Assembly (NCBI GenBank): GCA_964304625.1
Contig: OZ199839.1
Span: 8,790,221 to 8,854,220, forward strand
Origin: Kudoa neothunni
Lineage: Eukaryota > Animalia > Cnidaria
DNA: 64,000 nucleotides
Reading direction: 5' to 3'
Shown: positions 27,606 through 40,486 of the stretch, in pieces
Position numbering within the stretch: position 1 is the stretch's first letter
Layout: every line of letters begins with the position of its first letter
Program-made: the position numbers and the translations under genes
Notes under the pieces: model-generated
Database searches by the model: none
Seen by the model: the letters and a program-made list of their open reading frames with translations, nothing else
What the model was told of the DNA's origin: nothing

Positions 27606-27647
27606 AAATAACTCATCTACTTTTTTTATAAATTTTTTTGTAAATTC

Positions 27648-28688
27648 GTTGATTGTTTCATGCAAAGCATCCTTAATTTGATGTACAGAAAATAACTCAA
27701 TAGGATTCTCAATGACATAGGTTCTTTCGAGGATTTATAAGTTTTTATACTTGAGACGTTGTGACGATTTCATCGTTGTGCATGAGATCAGGATCTTCAC
27801 TTTAAAAAATACATTTACCCTGATCACCTCAATTCCAATGTAAAATTTCCTTGTCCGCCAAAAAATAATATCATTACACATTACTATCTACACATACGAA
27901 TATTCAGATTTCTCAATAAAAGCGAAGAAAGAATGAATTATTTTTGTTTGAAAATAGGCGGCTTATTAACTCAATTACTAATTTTTGAGCTGTAACAACA
28001 ACCGAGCCAATTTCAACATATCTGAGTAATCGAAAACGTCATATTTAAAGATTTTTGGGTCCTCATCTTCGAGTGGCACGTTTATGCATAATATTAATAT
28101 CTAATTGGCTTTTAAGCGTTGATTATTCCCTGATAAATTGGTTGCACCATATTAGCAGTTTTTTGATGGAGGTAGGAGCTGGATGTTTTTGAAACAATCC
28201 TTCGAATAAGGATAATATGAACATTGTTATAATAAAATAAAATGTTTATTGTTTTCTTTAATGAATCTCTGTTTTGTGTCTTTGAAGATCTGATAAAATA
28301 TAGATGAGTATAATCAAACATTCATTTGCGAATGACATTAAACCGAAAGCTCTTTAATTCCCATAAAACAGCGATTTTTCATAAAATTTTAATATTATGT
28401 GTAATTGAAATTTTTCTTCAGTCATTGTAGAAGTGATTAACATCGTAGCACACTTTTGAATTGCTTTACACCATTACATTATTGTGCTAGTTTTTAAAAG
28501 TGTCCGTATGCTGTATTAGCTGTTCATCAAAATGAACCGTCTAGTTCAAATTTAATGTTTTCGGTATTGTACCTTGAAAAAATCTCGATAGAATTTCCCG
28601 TCTATTGATAAATGTATTTAAAAATAGCGCATTTTCCTCGCAATTTGAATTTTTCAGACCGTAACGCCGCCTTCTGCGATTATTAAAA
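27648..28688 (-). mobile_element. Degenerate pogo/Tigger (DDE_1) transposase fragment, copy 2
   Basis: Direct repeat of 7481-8297 with extra internal segments. ORF 28112-28321 ends KTANMVQPIYQGIINA. Confidence 0.65.
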
Positions 28689-28689
28689 T

Positions 28690-29168
28690 GCCGAGCACAG
28701 ATAGCATATTGGTGTAACACTCGGACTCAGAACCATGAGGTAATGGATTCGAATCCGCCAGTGGTCAGACTATTACTTCTGTGTAGGTGGGTCTCTATCC
28801 CATATTTGGGAGCTATGGTTAAAGTGTACGTTCGCTGTGGAGTGAGGCGCACTAACAGCCAAATTCGCGTGAAGCGAGATGAGCGCGAATAGGATTTTGA
28901 ATCTCTGGAACCCATCAAAAGGCAAGTAATTTGCAGTCTCACAGAGCCAACGTCCTTAAAGGGATAGGGTTTCGGGTGGTGGATGCCCTAAAATGAGGAT
29001 GTTTAATGGGTTAAATCCCACACTACCGCATAAAGATAAGCGACGAGGTTTCATGTTATGTCCTGCGGTGCCTAAAATGTTAATGCAAGAGGATCTGACC
29101 AACCAGAACTCCACAACCTAATAAGTTACGCCAGGGATTTTACCTTGTAAACAAAAAAAGCAAAAAAT
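28690..29168 (+). mobile_element. tRNA-derived SINE, copy 1
   Basis: A-box-like TAGCATATTGG, B-box GATTCGAATCC, ~400-nt body and an A-rich tail (TTGTAAACAAAAAAAG). Aligns over its full length with 39781-40240. Confidence 0.8.
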
Positions 29169-30339
29169 AATGTTAAGGAATTGGATGATTATCTTAAAAT
29201 ATTCTGAAAATTGGGATGAATTTTTCGAATCCCCTATCATTTTTGGATCATTGAATAGTAAGAATTGCATAGCGTCGAATTTAAATAAACCCTCTGCATC
29301 GATAACTTCGATTGAAAATAATATGTATGGTCGCAAAGGACCAACGACGTACTGTTATCAAGTGGGTTAATTTATTTATGACTTTTTTTATTTTCTTTGG
29401 CCAAAATATTTGTCGTGAAATTATACAGTATTCCAATATATTCGGAAAAACAAATTAACTCTTCCTGTACCAACTTACACAAAATGCGCGTGTACCCGCC
29501 CAACTGGGGTATTTGCGTACCCCAGATAAAATATGCTTTAAACTTATTCAAAATATATCTAATTCATTAATTGACAATACAACACATAAAATGGTTAATT
29601 CATCAAATCAATTTAATGATAGTAGCTTTCGGTCTACAGATAAACGAATTTATTTATTTATCGAGTCATGATTACAGCATCGAAATATGTGCATCCATTT
29701 ACACAATATTTATTGGCACAGATAATATAAATTAAATAAAACTATCGGCAATGCCATAATCCTTGAGGTTACTGATAACTGATAGTAAACACGACATAAC
29801 CGCGACCATTTGACGCACGTTTTTCGGTTAGACTCAGCCTCCATCATTATAAAAAGAAGGATTAAAAATTAAATAACTTAACACCTTCACGATGGTACCG
29901 AACCTAAAGTATTAAATGTTCTATGCTAATGGCTATAAAATGTGCATGAATAAGGTTTTCATTTGTTATTAAAATATAAAGGATATGCCAAACCCATGAT
30001 ATCACGGGTGATTAACCCCGAGCTTGAAATGAAAATTAACCCAAATAAAATTCGAGCAGCTTACATGAAAAGACAAAAAATTATTGCTCGAGATATATAT
30101 ATATATATATATATAGACATTATCATTAACTTTATTTTTTGTTGTATTGTAGATGTTAATTTTGCCAACTAACGCATAAATTAAAAGTCGTTTTTAGACT
30201 TAATGTAATTGCCCCCATCGTTTTTATTTCTCTCGGAAAACTGTCCTTAAAGCATATTATGATAATATTAAAAAAATAATAGAATTTAATCTAAAAGATT
30301 CCATCAATCAGGACATTGCATAATAATATTATTATGTTT

Positions 30340-31720
30340 TCGATGTTTTACACACAAAAATTTGTGACAACTGAAACATGCTACGTTGATTTTCTTATCC
30401 TTATTTCGTAGGCAAAAGTGGCGTCTATTTATCTTCATTCGCTACATGCAATTTTCTTGGCAGTCGATAAGTCGATAGAGTTGGTATTTGTTGTAGATTT
30501 ATCAAAAAACTGAAATCCGTATTTTATATGACTTTGTAAGATGGTGGAATTCTTTTGACGATTTACTACATTTGGAGCTGCCAACTGAACAGCAAGTTCA
30601 TGAAGGAAATGCTGTCTTTTGCTCCTATCATTTTTCCTCCATTCAGGATTTTGCTTGGTCCATACAATGTACAATGTAGGCATTCAATGAGGCCATATCA
30701 ATGATATCCATAAATATCTTGAGCGACCACCTACGGATAGCCCGTGAACAGGAGTATGACATGGTCATTTTATCTCCGCAGTCCATCCCTCATTTTGTCT
30801 TATTGTAGTGTAATATCACATCTGGCCTTTTCCGATAACTATCTTCGATCGATGTGTCGTGATGTTGGGTGGACAAAATATTAACCAAATAATTCTTTTT
30901 CGTAACATACGAAGTTAATGTTAAATCACCACAAAATCCGAATATCGAACAGAACACCTCTCTTGCGGGCGATTTTAGAAACTCTTTGGGAATGTCTGGC
31001 TTGTTTGATCTGATGGTCCCAGTTAAGGTAAGCTTTTCTTTTAGGAGTTTTGTTGCAAGAGGAACTGACGTAAACAATTTGTCAACTGTTACACCTCGAC
31101 CAGTTCCAAAAAACGGTGTAACAACTCTTTCAGCTTGTTTCACATCCTTCTTCCATTAACTTTTCCTGTATATGACTGAAGATTTAGAATGTATGACGTT
31201 CCTACATCCGCAACAACCCAAAGTTTAATGCCGTATCTTCCAGGTTTGCTTTTAATATATACGCGGAACGGGCATCTACCGCGAAACCTAACCAACCCTC
31301 CGTCGAAGGTAATGAATGGTCCTGGGGAGAAGTACTTTTGGCAGTTTTCATTAAACAAAGAAAACATCTGACGGCAAGGTTCAAATTTATCGTTTGTTAT
31401 TTTAAAACGATCAGCTCTAGTCGATTTTTCATTAAAACCACGTTTTCGGGAGATTATAGGAAAATCGGTTTCTTGGCATCGCAGGAAAGAAAAACAGTTG
31501 TTTAAATAGTGGATGGATATCCCAAACATTTCTCTGAGAGAGTATTCTGTCATTTTAACGTAGGGCGGAAATCAAAACATTAATAACTAATAAATGCTAT
31601 AATTTCGTCAGTGGAAATTGTTGCATGACCTTCTGGATTAGTTTATTCACAATATTTATTTGTATATCTTGTTATTTTATCAATGAATGTAGGTAAAAAA
31701 ATTAAAACGTTAGTGAACAT
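30340..31720 (-). mobile_element. piggyBac (PGBD4-like) transposase pseudogene
   Basis: FRGRCPFRVYIKSKPGRYGIKLW, GRGVTVDKLFTSVPLA, GTIRSNK, LSTQHHD, HYNKTK*GMD and the C-terminal Cys-rich domain HFCLRNKDKKINVACFSCHKFLCVKH. Frameshifts and stops are present. Confidence 0.92.
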
Positions 31721-31779
31721 TGATATTGTAGCAAAAATAAATCAAATAAATTATCAAACGATATAAAATAATAATATAT

Positions 31780-33190
31780 TAGTTATTATAGAGTCCAATT
31801 ATAAGTTGTGGCGATCACTTCTAAATAATAAGTTTCATAATATTTTTCGTAATTGGAGCATATAAGTTTCAATTTCTCCATCTTCTCAATTTGATCTTTT
31901 TTTGAAGAAACCATTTTAGTATTGCACATACGAAACTGAATTTCTTGTTCAGTGTTGCTTTGGGTCCCTTTTAATTTCTCAATAAATGGGTGCAACCCAG
32001 CGTGAGATTGATCAAATCTTTCATGAAAATGGCAAATAAATGCTTCAGCTGAATTGGAAGTTAAATTGATCTCTCCTTAATGCGATCATAAGCATTTCAA
32101 TTTTCTAAGGAATATTTTAGTGATTTAACGAAATTCTTCTCAAAATAATTAATAAATGAGTCCAAATTGGCTTGCCTTATTCTTCAATTTTTGAAATTCA
32201 TCATTTACGGAGCTTTTAGGAACAAACGCCAGGGAAAATAAACATTTAATGTATATCTTAAAATCAGCATCCTCAGAATAACGATTTGCGAATCCTTCCC
32301 CAAATACATTGGCCGAAATGTAATAAGCAAAACCTAATGGAGATTTTTGAGATATTTGAGATTTTTGCTGATGCTTTTTATACGCATTAAACGACTAGAT
32401 TTCGAAATCTATCACTAAGTATTCCAGAAAAACAACATTATTCTCTTTAAGAATTGATAACACTTTACTATACATGGCCTTAGTACGTTTTGTCATTAAT
32501 ATATACACTAATGGACAATCTTTCCCAAGCATTTTCCCATGAATTACATATAATACATAACTGTGAAAACTCTTTTGGGGCTATCTTAAAAGCTCCATCA
32601 GATATCCAAACATTAGCATTACTTAAATGAATTAGATTTTTTGGTGTAGAAAATATAATAATTCGATTATGGTCTTTTGAACCCGAATCATACACTATTA
32701 AATTCTCATTAAGCAAAGATTTGATTCATTGTTAATTTCGATCACATTCCTTTTTCTAGAATTCTGTATATTTTTGGATATTGATTTTTTTGGAACAATT
32801 GGAAGGTCATATAAGTTAACATGGTTCGTAGCCATTGAGTATGTTTTATTTGTTGGGTATTTGGTGTTCTCAGCTAATTCTTTAATTGTGTTACAGAGAG
32901 TGAGCTTTTTAATCTCGTTACCAGATAGCACGTGATTATTTGTTCCCCTCCCCTCAATCCCTTTTATTTCATTTAATGGGAATGTTATCAATCTTCCCTG
33001 CATTCTCGAGTTTGACATCTCCAAAATATATTTTCGTTGTTAGAATAATCTTTAACATACATATATCTGTTGTAAAAAATTTTTCTTCCATTTCTAATGG
33101 TTTTTAGATGTATGTATATTGGGTTATTGGAATCAACCTTCTCTAACATTGCGCTGGCGGAAAAGTGCTTGCGCAAATACATCCAATTCA
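31780..33190 (-). mobile_element. Degenerate FLYWCH-MULE transposase
   Basis: N-terminal YNRYMYVKD...IFWRCQTREC (FLYWCH-like), RIIIFSTPKNLIHLSNANVWISDGAFKIAPKEFSQL and IDFEI remnants. Disrupted. Confidence 0.85.
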
Positions 33191-36005
33191 TGATCGGTTC
33201 CTATTGCGTATTTCACCGGCGAGTTTTCACCATACAACTTTCAAGAATTTTTGTTATGTTATGTTTTAATATTTCAACTTGCGAAACACGTTAAATTCCG
33301 CCGAATTAACACAATTACTTTATAAATGAAACATCGATGTGTACCGACATAAGACGGATTGTAAACGAAAGCGATTATCGCGGGGATTACGTCAAAATTT
33401 AATATGCATTTTCCAGTGTTTCATCCATAGGAATTAAAAACTATTCTATGGTATTGATTATTAGATTTTTTAAAGTGTAATAATTCAAAAAAAATGTGGG
33501 GTAAAATATACCCTAATGTCCATTCCATTACACGTTCATCGTTTTTGGGTTCATTAGAGGGTTAAAATAAAAAATTTCAAATTCGTTGAAAACTAATAAC
33601 TAGATGTAAAAGAAACCTTAAACAATTTCCGTAGAAAAAAATAAGTTAAAAACTTTTTTTGTGAATTATGTTCAATTTATTACTCATGTGGGCTCTTGGA
33701 GCCCAAAATCACCTATTAAGGGTTATTACTTACAAAAAATTATTATGATAACTTATGTTTTCGACTATAGCATAATTTGATTTCTTGGGATATTATTTAC
33801 ATTCAGAATTTTTATTAATTAGATAATAAGCATTCGGAATAAATTTAGAATAAAAAAGTAGTTAATTGTTAACCAAATTCGATAGTTTCAATGAGTAATT
33901 CAGTAAATATTTTTTTCTATGTTTATTAGGACTAATACGGATGGACCCAGTTAATAATTTGTATATCGCTGAAATATTTGTTAAAAGAAAATTATTAATT
34001 TGGTTTCTACATAAGAATTTATTTGTTGGCTTAATATATATTAGTGATTAAATTGATGATATTCTATAAAATACTCGTGATTAAGTAGGAATTTGAAATA
34101 GTCAGATCATTGGAGATCATTATAAACAGTTTGATTAAATTTTAGTTGATACACACTAATTAGATCAAATATAATCAATATATTAAATTTAAATAAATTT
34201 AAAATTTATACTACAAACAAAATTGTCAACAAGATATATAATTGTGCATATGGGTTAAATCATTGTCAATAAACTTTGTGTTAAATATTAAAATGATGAA
34301 ATAAAAATTTGAATATATAATAGTTTTTTAAAATTCATATACTAAATTAATCTAGTAATATTTCATAGGTTTTATTTGGTACCTGCGCAATCTAACGAGC
34401 ATAAGAAGCAGAGCATTTATTAGTTTCTTTTTTAAATGATAAAAATACATCACAATATAAATCTATGAATATGTTAGAACTTTGTCAACGAAGATCTATC
34501 AAAAAGATGGAAATTATTACGAGGAACGAACAAAGTTATAGGTATAATCGCATATGGTAATATAATTTGGTGTTTCTACAAATGGGTTCTTTATTCTTTC
34601 TTAAATAAAAAGCTATAATATTGAATCATCTTAAATAATTTTAAGTTATTCATTAATTTAGAAAATATTTTCTTTTGAAATAAAAATATATTAAAAATAA
34701 AGAAATAATGTAACTTTAAAAATATTTTTGATAAATAAAACGAAAATATGTAATTTTTAAGTGAAATAAATATAGCTTTATGTTATTAAACGTTTATTAT
34801 GAGCGTTTTAATTTTAGCTACATACCTCATATAGATTTATTTTATTAGATAATTGAAAATACCGTTTTAAAAACCATTGATGAATTTCCTCCATTAATAA
34901 TTATATATCGTATAAATTGAGAAAGAAACGCCATTTAAAAATCTATACACTGAAAAATGACCTAGAAATTTTTTAAATAATATCTAATTTTAAATATTAT
35001 GAAATTTTCACACCCTAATTTTTATTGTTTTGATTATTGACAATATACCTATAATTACTGTGATAAATATTGAAAATAGATAAATAATTGAAAAACGCTC
35101 TCAAAAATTAACCATACGTTTCACTATAAAGATTCAGAAATATTAAATGATTTCTACCTACCGATGGATAGGGTATCTAAAATTATTCAACTTATCAAGA
35201 AATTTAAATTTATAACTGATCGCTTCTAAAATCGATTGTTAATTAGTTTATTTTGAAGATAATGCTTAAATTTTATTTCTTATGAGCACACATTCAGATA
35301 CACATAACGCACCAAAAATATTTTGAGTAGGTTTTTGCCAATCCCCAAAAATTTCTCAATAAAAAAATGTCGGCCGTACTACCTAAATTCAAAATCTTTA
35401 TAAGTGGGCTTAAACTACTTACAGAAGTATAATACTTAAACAAAAGTATTTCATGCTAAAAAAAATGTTAACATAAAAGGTTTCATTCTCTAATTTGATG
35501 TGGACTATTTTAACTTGATGTGTTCGAATCTCGAGGTTTCGAATATATGAACTTATGAGAATATCCGAATATTGGCATTATTTAAAATATCAATAATTTG
35601 TATAAATTACAATAATAAAATAATTGGGTGAAAGTTAACGCAGAGTTAACTGAGAATTTTTTCTTAATAAACATTTATTTAGGTTTTATTTTAAAATATT
35701 ATGCTAATTTAAAAATAACGCAGTTAACAAAACTATAACTAAATATTAAAAAAAACAGCTCCAAATACAAAATAAAATCATTTATTCAAAAATATTAAAT
35801 CTGATCATTATTTTTAAAGCCGTTTAAATGTCTAACGCAAATCCTTTAATATAGACTGAAATTAGTAAAGTGGCAATAAGGAAACAATAATTATGTACTA
35901 ATTAATTTTTAATTGGAATGAAAATAAAAATTCTATAAAATTAAACTGTTATAATGAAATAATAAGAATCAAAATTGTTCTGCTAATATAATTCTTCCGA
36001 TTTTT

Positions 36006-37672
36006 TTAATTTTCGCGTTCTATGTTGCTAAAATATGAGTTTTTAAGAGCATTCATCAAGTTGATTAAGGCGTGTGATAATAAGTTGAGATCCTTCTACA
36101 GAAACATTGAAATATTCAAATAAAATCCGAATAAATACCCTCCCTGACGTTTCAATGTTTATATCACTATCTAAATCTTCGAGCAAAGTGCTCAGAATGT
36201 TTATTTTGAAACATTGCTAAATCATTTTATATAAATAATAAATTATGTAATATATGCCTTATGACCCATATGTTTGCAATAAAAAAATCCCATTATATTC
36301 ATGGTAGCTTTGTCTATGGCGCCTTTTATAATATTTTGTATTTTTTGACCTGAAATAACCTAATTGCTCAAATTAAAAATTTATATTAAAATCCCTCAAT
36401 TCACATGTATCAATCTTATATCTGTGTTTCTCCCAAATATTTTTTCGCTCACTGAAATATGTTTCAATTTGCTTACAGACATATCAGTTAAATATGATAG
36501 AACATTTTTCGTTATTTGGTTGCATTTCACAAAGTCGTAATTTGCCTTTTCTTGATATATTTTGCTTAAATTGGTTACAGTGGAGGATTGTTCGAAGATC
36601 GAACATGTGTTTTTCCAACGTTTCCTAGGATTTATTTTTTGAGTGTAACCTACATATTGACAAGGGTTGTAGTAGGTTAATGAATCAGTAATGGGATTGT
36701 TCATCTAAAAATTTAACATGTACCAAGACTCTGAACATCGAAAATACGTACAACTAATAATTTTGAGATAATCTGTTTCAGTGATTTAAGTCCAGCACAT
36801 TTAATGACGGTTCCTACCAATTCTTTGAGGGGGATTACCCATGAAATCTTTCATTATTGAGGTGTCGTTAAGACGTGTCACATACAAATGATCATCGTGC
36901 AAATGAACCACAGCTAATTTTTTTACCTATTGTGGAATACAAAGCGTCCAAATAAAAATAAAAGATATACATCATTAACGTATAGTTTTCCACTTGAATC
37001 AACGTGAGAAGGTGATATCCCCGCACCATTATTTTGGTTTGAAATAATGAATTGAATTTTGGCTATCGACATAGGATCTATGTCGAAAATAAAAATCGAG
37101 GATTCTGAGTTAAAGTCGGAATATTTCTGAACTACTTCCGCCGATCTCGTATCAAGTTTACTACAAAAATTAATTAAACCTGCCATATTCATTAAGTTAC
37201 TTCAAGTTGTCCAATAATGTGGAATAGATAATCACTCCAATATCTTCGAATTTCACGTAATGGTTTCGCAACAGCACATAACCATACACACAAACCTTCA
37301 GGTCTAATTCGTACGTATCTCTTTCGATTGAATGCTCCAAATACGCTATAGGTCGAATTAATTAGTGGTCTTACATAAAGTTACCTTTGCAAGGAATAGT
37401 TCCTATGCTTTTGTATTGTTTCATGTTATCAGCTTCGTAGGAAAGCAAGATTTGGAATTTTTCTTCTTCTCCCAGTTCCCCAACTGCGTAACACTAAATA
37501 AATTTACACTCAAAAATTGTAAAACTGATTAAACCTTTTTCATCTGATCCTTTAATAAAACACTAGCTAAATCTCCAATTTTTGTGTATATCTTCAACCT
37601 TTTAGCCCTATTTTCTTCATCTTCGCTTTTATGCTGTAAAAGAAAACAAATCAACGTCAGGGTGGCTACCAT
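36006..37672 (-). CDS. Divergent secreted CD39/NTPDase-like protein lacking catalytic motifs, copy A (one +1 frameshift at ~36829-36833)
   Basis: Signal-like start MVATLTLICFLL. YNPCQYVGY, ANYDFVKCNQI and FYCKHMGHK|QCFKINILSTLL resemble the CD39 C-terminal lobe Cys pattern. Exon structure matches copy B where compared. Confidence 0.55.
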
Positions 37673-38489
37673 TTGGTAATTTATATGCTAACGCAGATAT
37701 GTTGGTATTTATTTTCGTTTGAATTTATTTCATAATATTGGCAAATATAATGTATATTTATAAGTAATTAAAAAGATAATAATTATTTATCAATTTTTAT
37801 TGTTTCATTATACATAAACATTTAGTGAATATTTCTGGTTGATAAACTCGAACAAAAATTACAAAAGGAGTATATGATACCTATTAATTTGGTTTAGTTG
37901 ATTAACCATATATATCAAATATTTTTTTATAATTTGGAAATCGACTGTGCAACATACTCAAAAAAATTGTTTGGAAATTACAGCCTGTAAAATATCTTAT
38001 TTAAATTAGATAAAATACTGTGATCGGTATTATTTCTTAAGGATGACATTCAAAAATTAATCATTGCTTATTAATGTTCATCGGATAATTAATTAGCAAT
38101 CACTAATATTTATTCGATAAAATAATGATTTAAATAATATAATTTATATAAAAGAAATATAACTATTTTAAAAGATCTCCGATGAATCATCCAAAATAAG
38201 ATATTAATATAAAAATATAGTCAAATAATAATTTTAAATAATTTATTAATAATACTATGTATTTAACTTGAGAAAATTTTATTAACTATCAACAAAAGTC
38301 CAATAGGTCCGTATGAATATATATATGTATATGTATAACAGGGAATTTTTCATTTTGATTCAGCGCATGAATGAGATGTTATTAAATTAATAATCAAAAC
38401 AGTAGATACATTTAAAGATGTAGTAATGACGTGTTGAAATTGTGGCTCGAATAATTGACAAAAATTAATTCGTTTCACCACATAACATA

Positions 38490-39440
38490 AAATTGTTTGT
38501 TACTTTGATATGCGTTAGCATCAAAAACTCTCCGATAGAAGCCAAAAATTGCTGAAACCATTCACTTTATCCGAGCTAAAGCAGTGAATTATCGCTTGTC
38601 CATAGTAATTGGTGGGGAAATGGTCTCTGAGTACTCCATTATTTTCTGCATACTGAAATGATGTTGACTCAAACTATGGTTGGTTATCAGCCATTAGCTG
38701 TAGGTTTGAAATCCGCAATGGATTAGAAACTTTTCTACGTAGTCGAAACCGAAAAAATTGTAAGGAACTTACTGAACCTAAATCCATTGTCCCCATTTTT
38801 TTCTACTTCTCATATATATTAGTCTCTTTTGTCAAAATAAACAAACAACTTTATCAAAAATCGACAACTATTATGGAAGCATACAAGAAGACAATTTTAT
38901 AGACGAAGTTAAATGTGCGGAAGTCTACAGTTCAATGAAATAATCTAGCAAATTTTCCAAAACTTAGATGAATTAATGAGTAGAAAATCTGATATTTTAC
39001 TTCTGATTAAGAGACATTTTTGAGCATTTTGAAACATTGAGGAATCATTACTGGTTACTTTTCTAAAGACAAGTATCCTACAATGGAATGGATATTAAAA
39101 CCTTCTCTACTCGTTTATCAGAAGTTAAGGATTGTACCACAGAAAAAGATGAATTGATTGACCTTCAATCCTTTTCTATTTATAATGATAAATGTGAGAA
39201 CATTGGTATCAATTTTTATTAGCTCTTTCATATTCATTTCTCCTTCTGACTCGGCGTTTCTTCCATGTGCTTGTTCCATTTGAATCTTCATACCTTTACA
39301 GAATCAGGATTTTTAACATTGGTGATAATAGAAACACAATCCAGGGATCGCCTTAACGTTAATGATGATATGAGAGTAGTATTGTCCTATAAAGCTCTTT
39401 AAATAATCAATGTGATTGCCTTGATGTATCAACAGTGTTC
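38490..39440 (+). mobile_element. hAT (ZBED5/SCAND3/Charlie-like) transposase remnant
   Basis: LVPFESSYL.ESGF.TLVIIETQSRDRLNVNDDMRV (hAT C-terminal dimerisation motif) at ~39270-39385, and ALASKTL upstream. Confidence 0.75.
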
Positions 39441-39780
39441 CTACTGATAACGACCCTGGGTTTTCTTATTTTTAAGAATAAATGACTTTGTATTCTTTGG
39501 CAATCATTTTATGTATGTTAAGAAAAACAGATTGCATAATTTATTTGGATTAATGCTGTTATTTTGTTATATTTTGTGTATATTTCATTTTAAATTTCTT
39601 TCTATATTTGCTTTTTCCGTATTTTCTTTTTAATCATACAGGAGCGTACGTTCTACGTTGCATTTCTGCCTTAAATCTGCGTTTAATGTCTATGATTGTT
39701 TGGAACTGAGTAAGGGCGTGTAAATAGTGATTAATTTTAAGCTTATTCGGTGATTGGAGCATAACTTGTTTTAAACCACT

Positions 39781-40240
39781 GCCGAGGACGGACAACACAT
39801 CGGTGTGTCACTCGGACTCAGAACCACGAGGTAATGGGTTCGAATCCGCCGGTAGTCAGACTACTGCTTCCGTGTCGGTGGATCTCCATCCCATATTTGG
39901 GAGCTATGGTTAAAGTGTACGCTCGCTGTGGAGTGAGGTGCACTAACAGCCAAATTCGCATGAATAGGAGTTTGAATCTCCGGAACCCATCGAAAGGCAA
40001 AGTAATTTGCAGTTCCCACAGAGCCAACGTCCTTAAAGGGATAGGGTTTGGGATGGTGGTCGCCCTGAGACGAGGATGTTTATTGGATTATAGTCCCACA
40101 CCACCGCATAAAGATAGGCCACGGGGTTTCATGTTACGTCCTGCGGCGCCTAAGGCGTTAATGGGAGAGGTCTGACCAACCAGAATTCCACAACCTAATA
40201 AGTTGCGCCAGGGGTTTTATCTTGTAAACAAACAAAAATA
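39781..40240 (+). mobile_element. tRNA-derived SINE, copy 2, with 14-bp target-site duplication
   Basis: B-box GGTTCGAATCC and tail TTGTAAACAAACAAAA. Flanks are TGTTTTAAACCACT (39767-39780) and TGTTGTAAACCACT (40243-40256). Confidence 0.85.
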
Positions 40241-40486
40241 AATGTTGTAAACCACTAACTTTGGACAAAAAATTTTGTCAAATTGCTATTAAAAAAATTA
40301 AATTATTTTTTCAATATATGAATAATAGACTTTTTTTGGAAATTGAATGATCCATATACTATTATTTTATTACATGCGTTAAATAATGATAAACAATCGA
40401 TATGTGAATGAATTTATTTAATTGGTGAAAAGGAAATTATTGTTCGGTCGATATTATCGATCGTCAAATAGCTGTAAGAAGAGTTT

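Noticed and set aside
28727-28942. Similar ~70-aa ORFs at 28727-28942 and 39818-40027, and the 113-aa ORF 39834-40175, as a small protein family
   Set aside because: They lie inside the two SINE copies, and indels between the copies shift the frames.
39781-39860. Functional tRNA gene
   Set aside because: The B-box is present, but the acceptor and anticodon stems do not pair. It is a SINE head.
40050-40110. Hammerhead ribozyme or telomerase template inside the SINE (CTGAGACGAG; CCCTAA in copy 1)
   Set aside because: No CUGANGA...GAAA core with flanking stems, and neither motif is conserved between the two copies.
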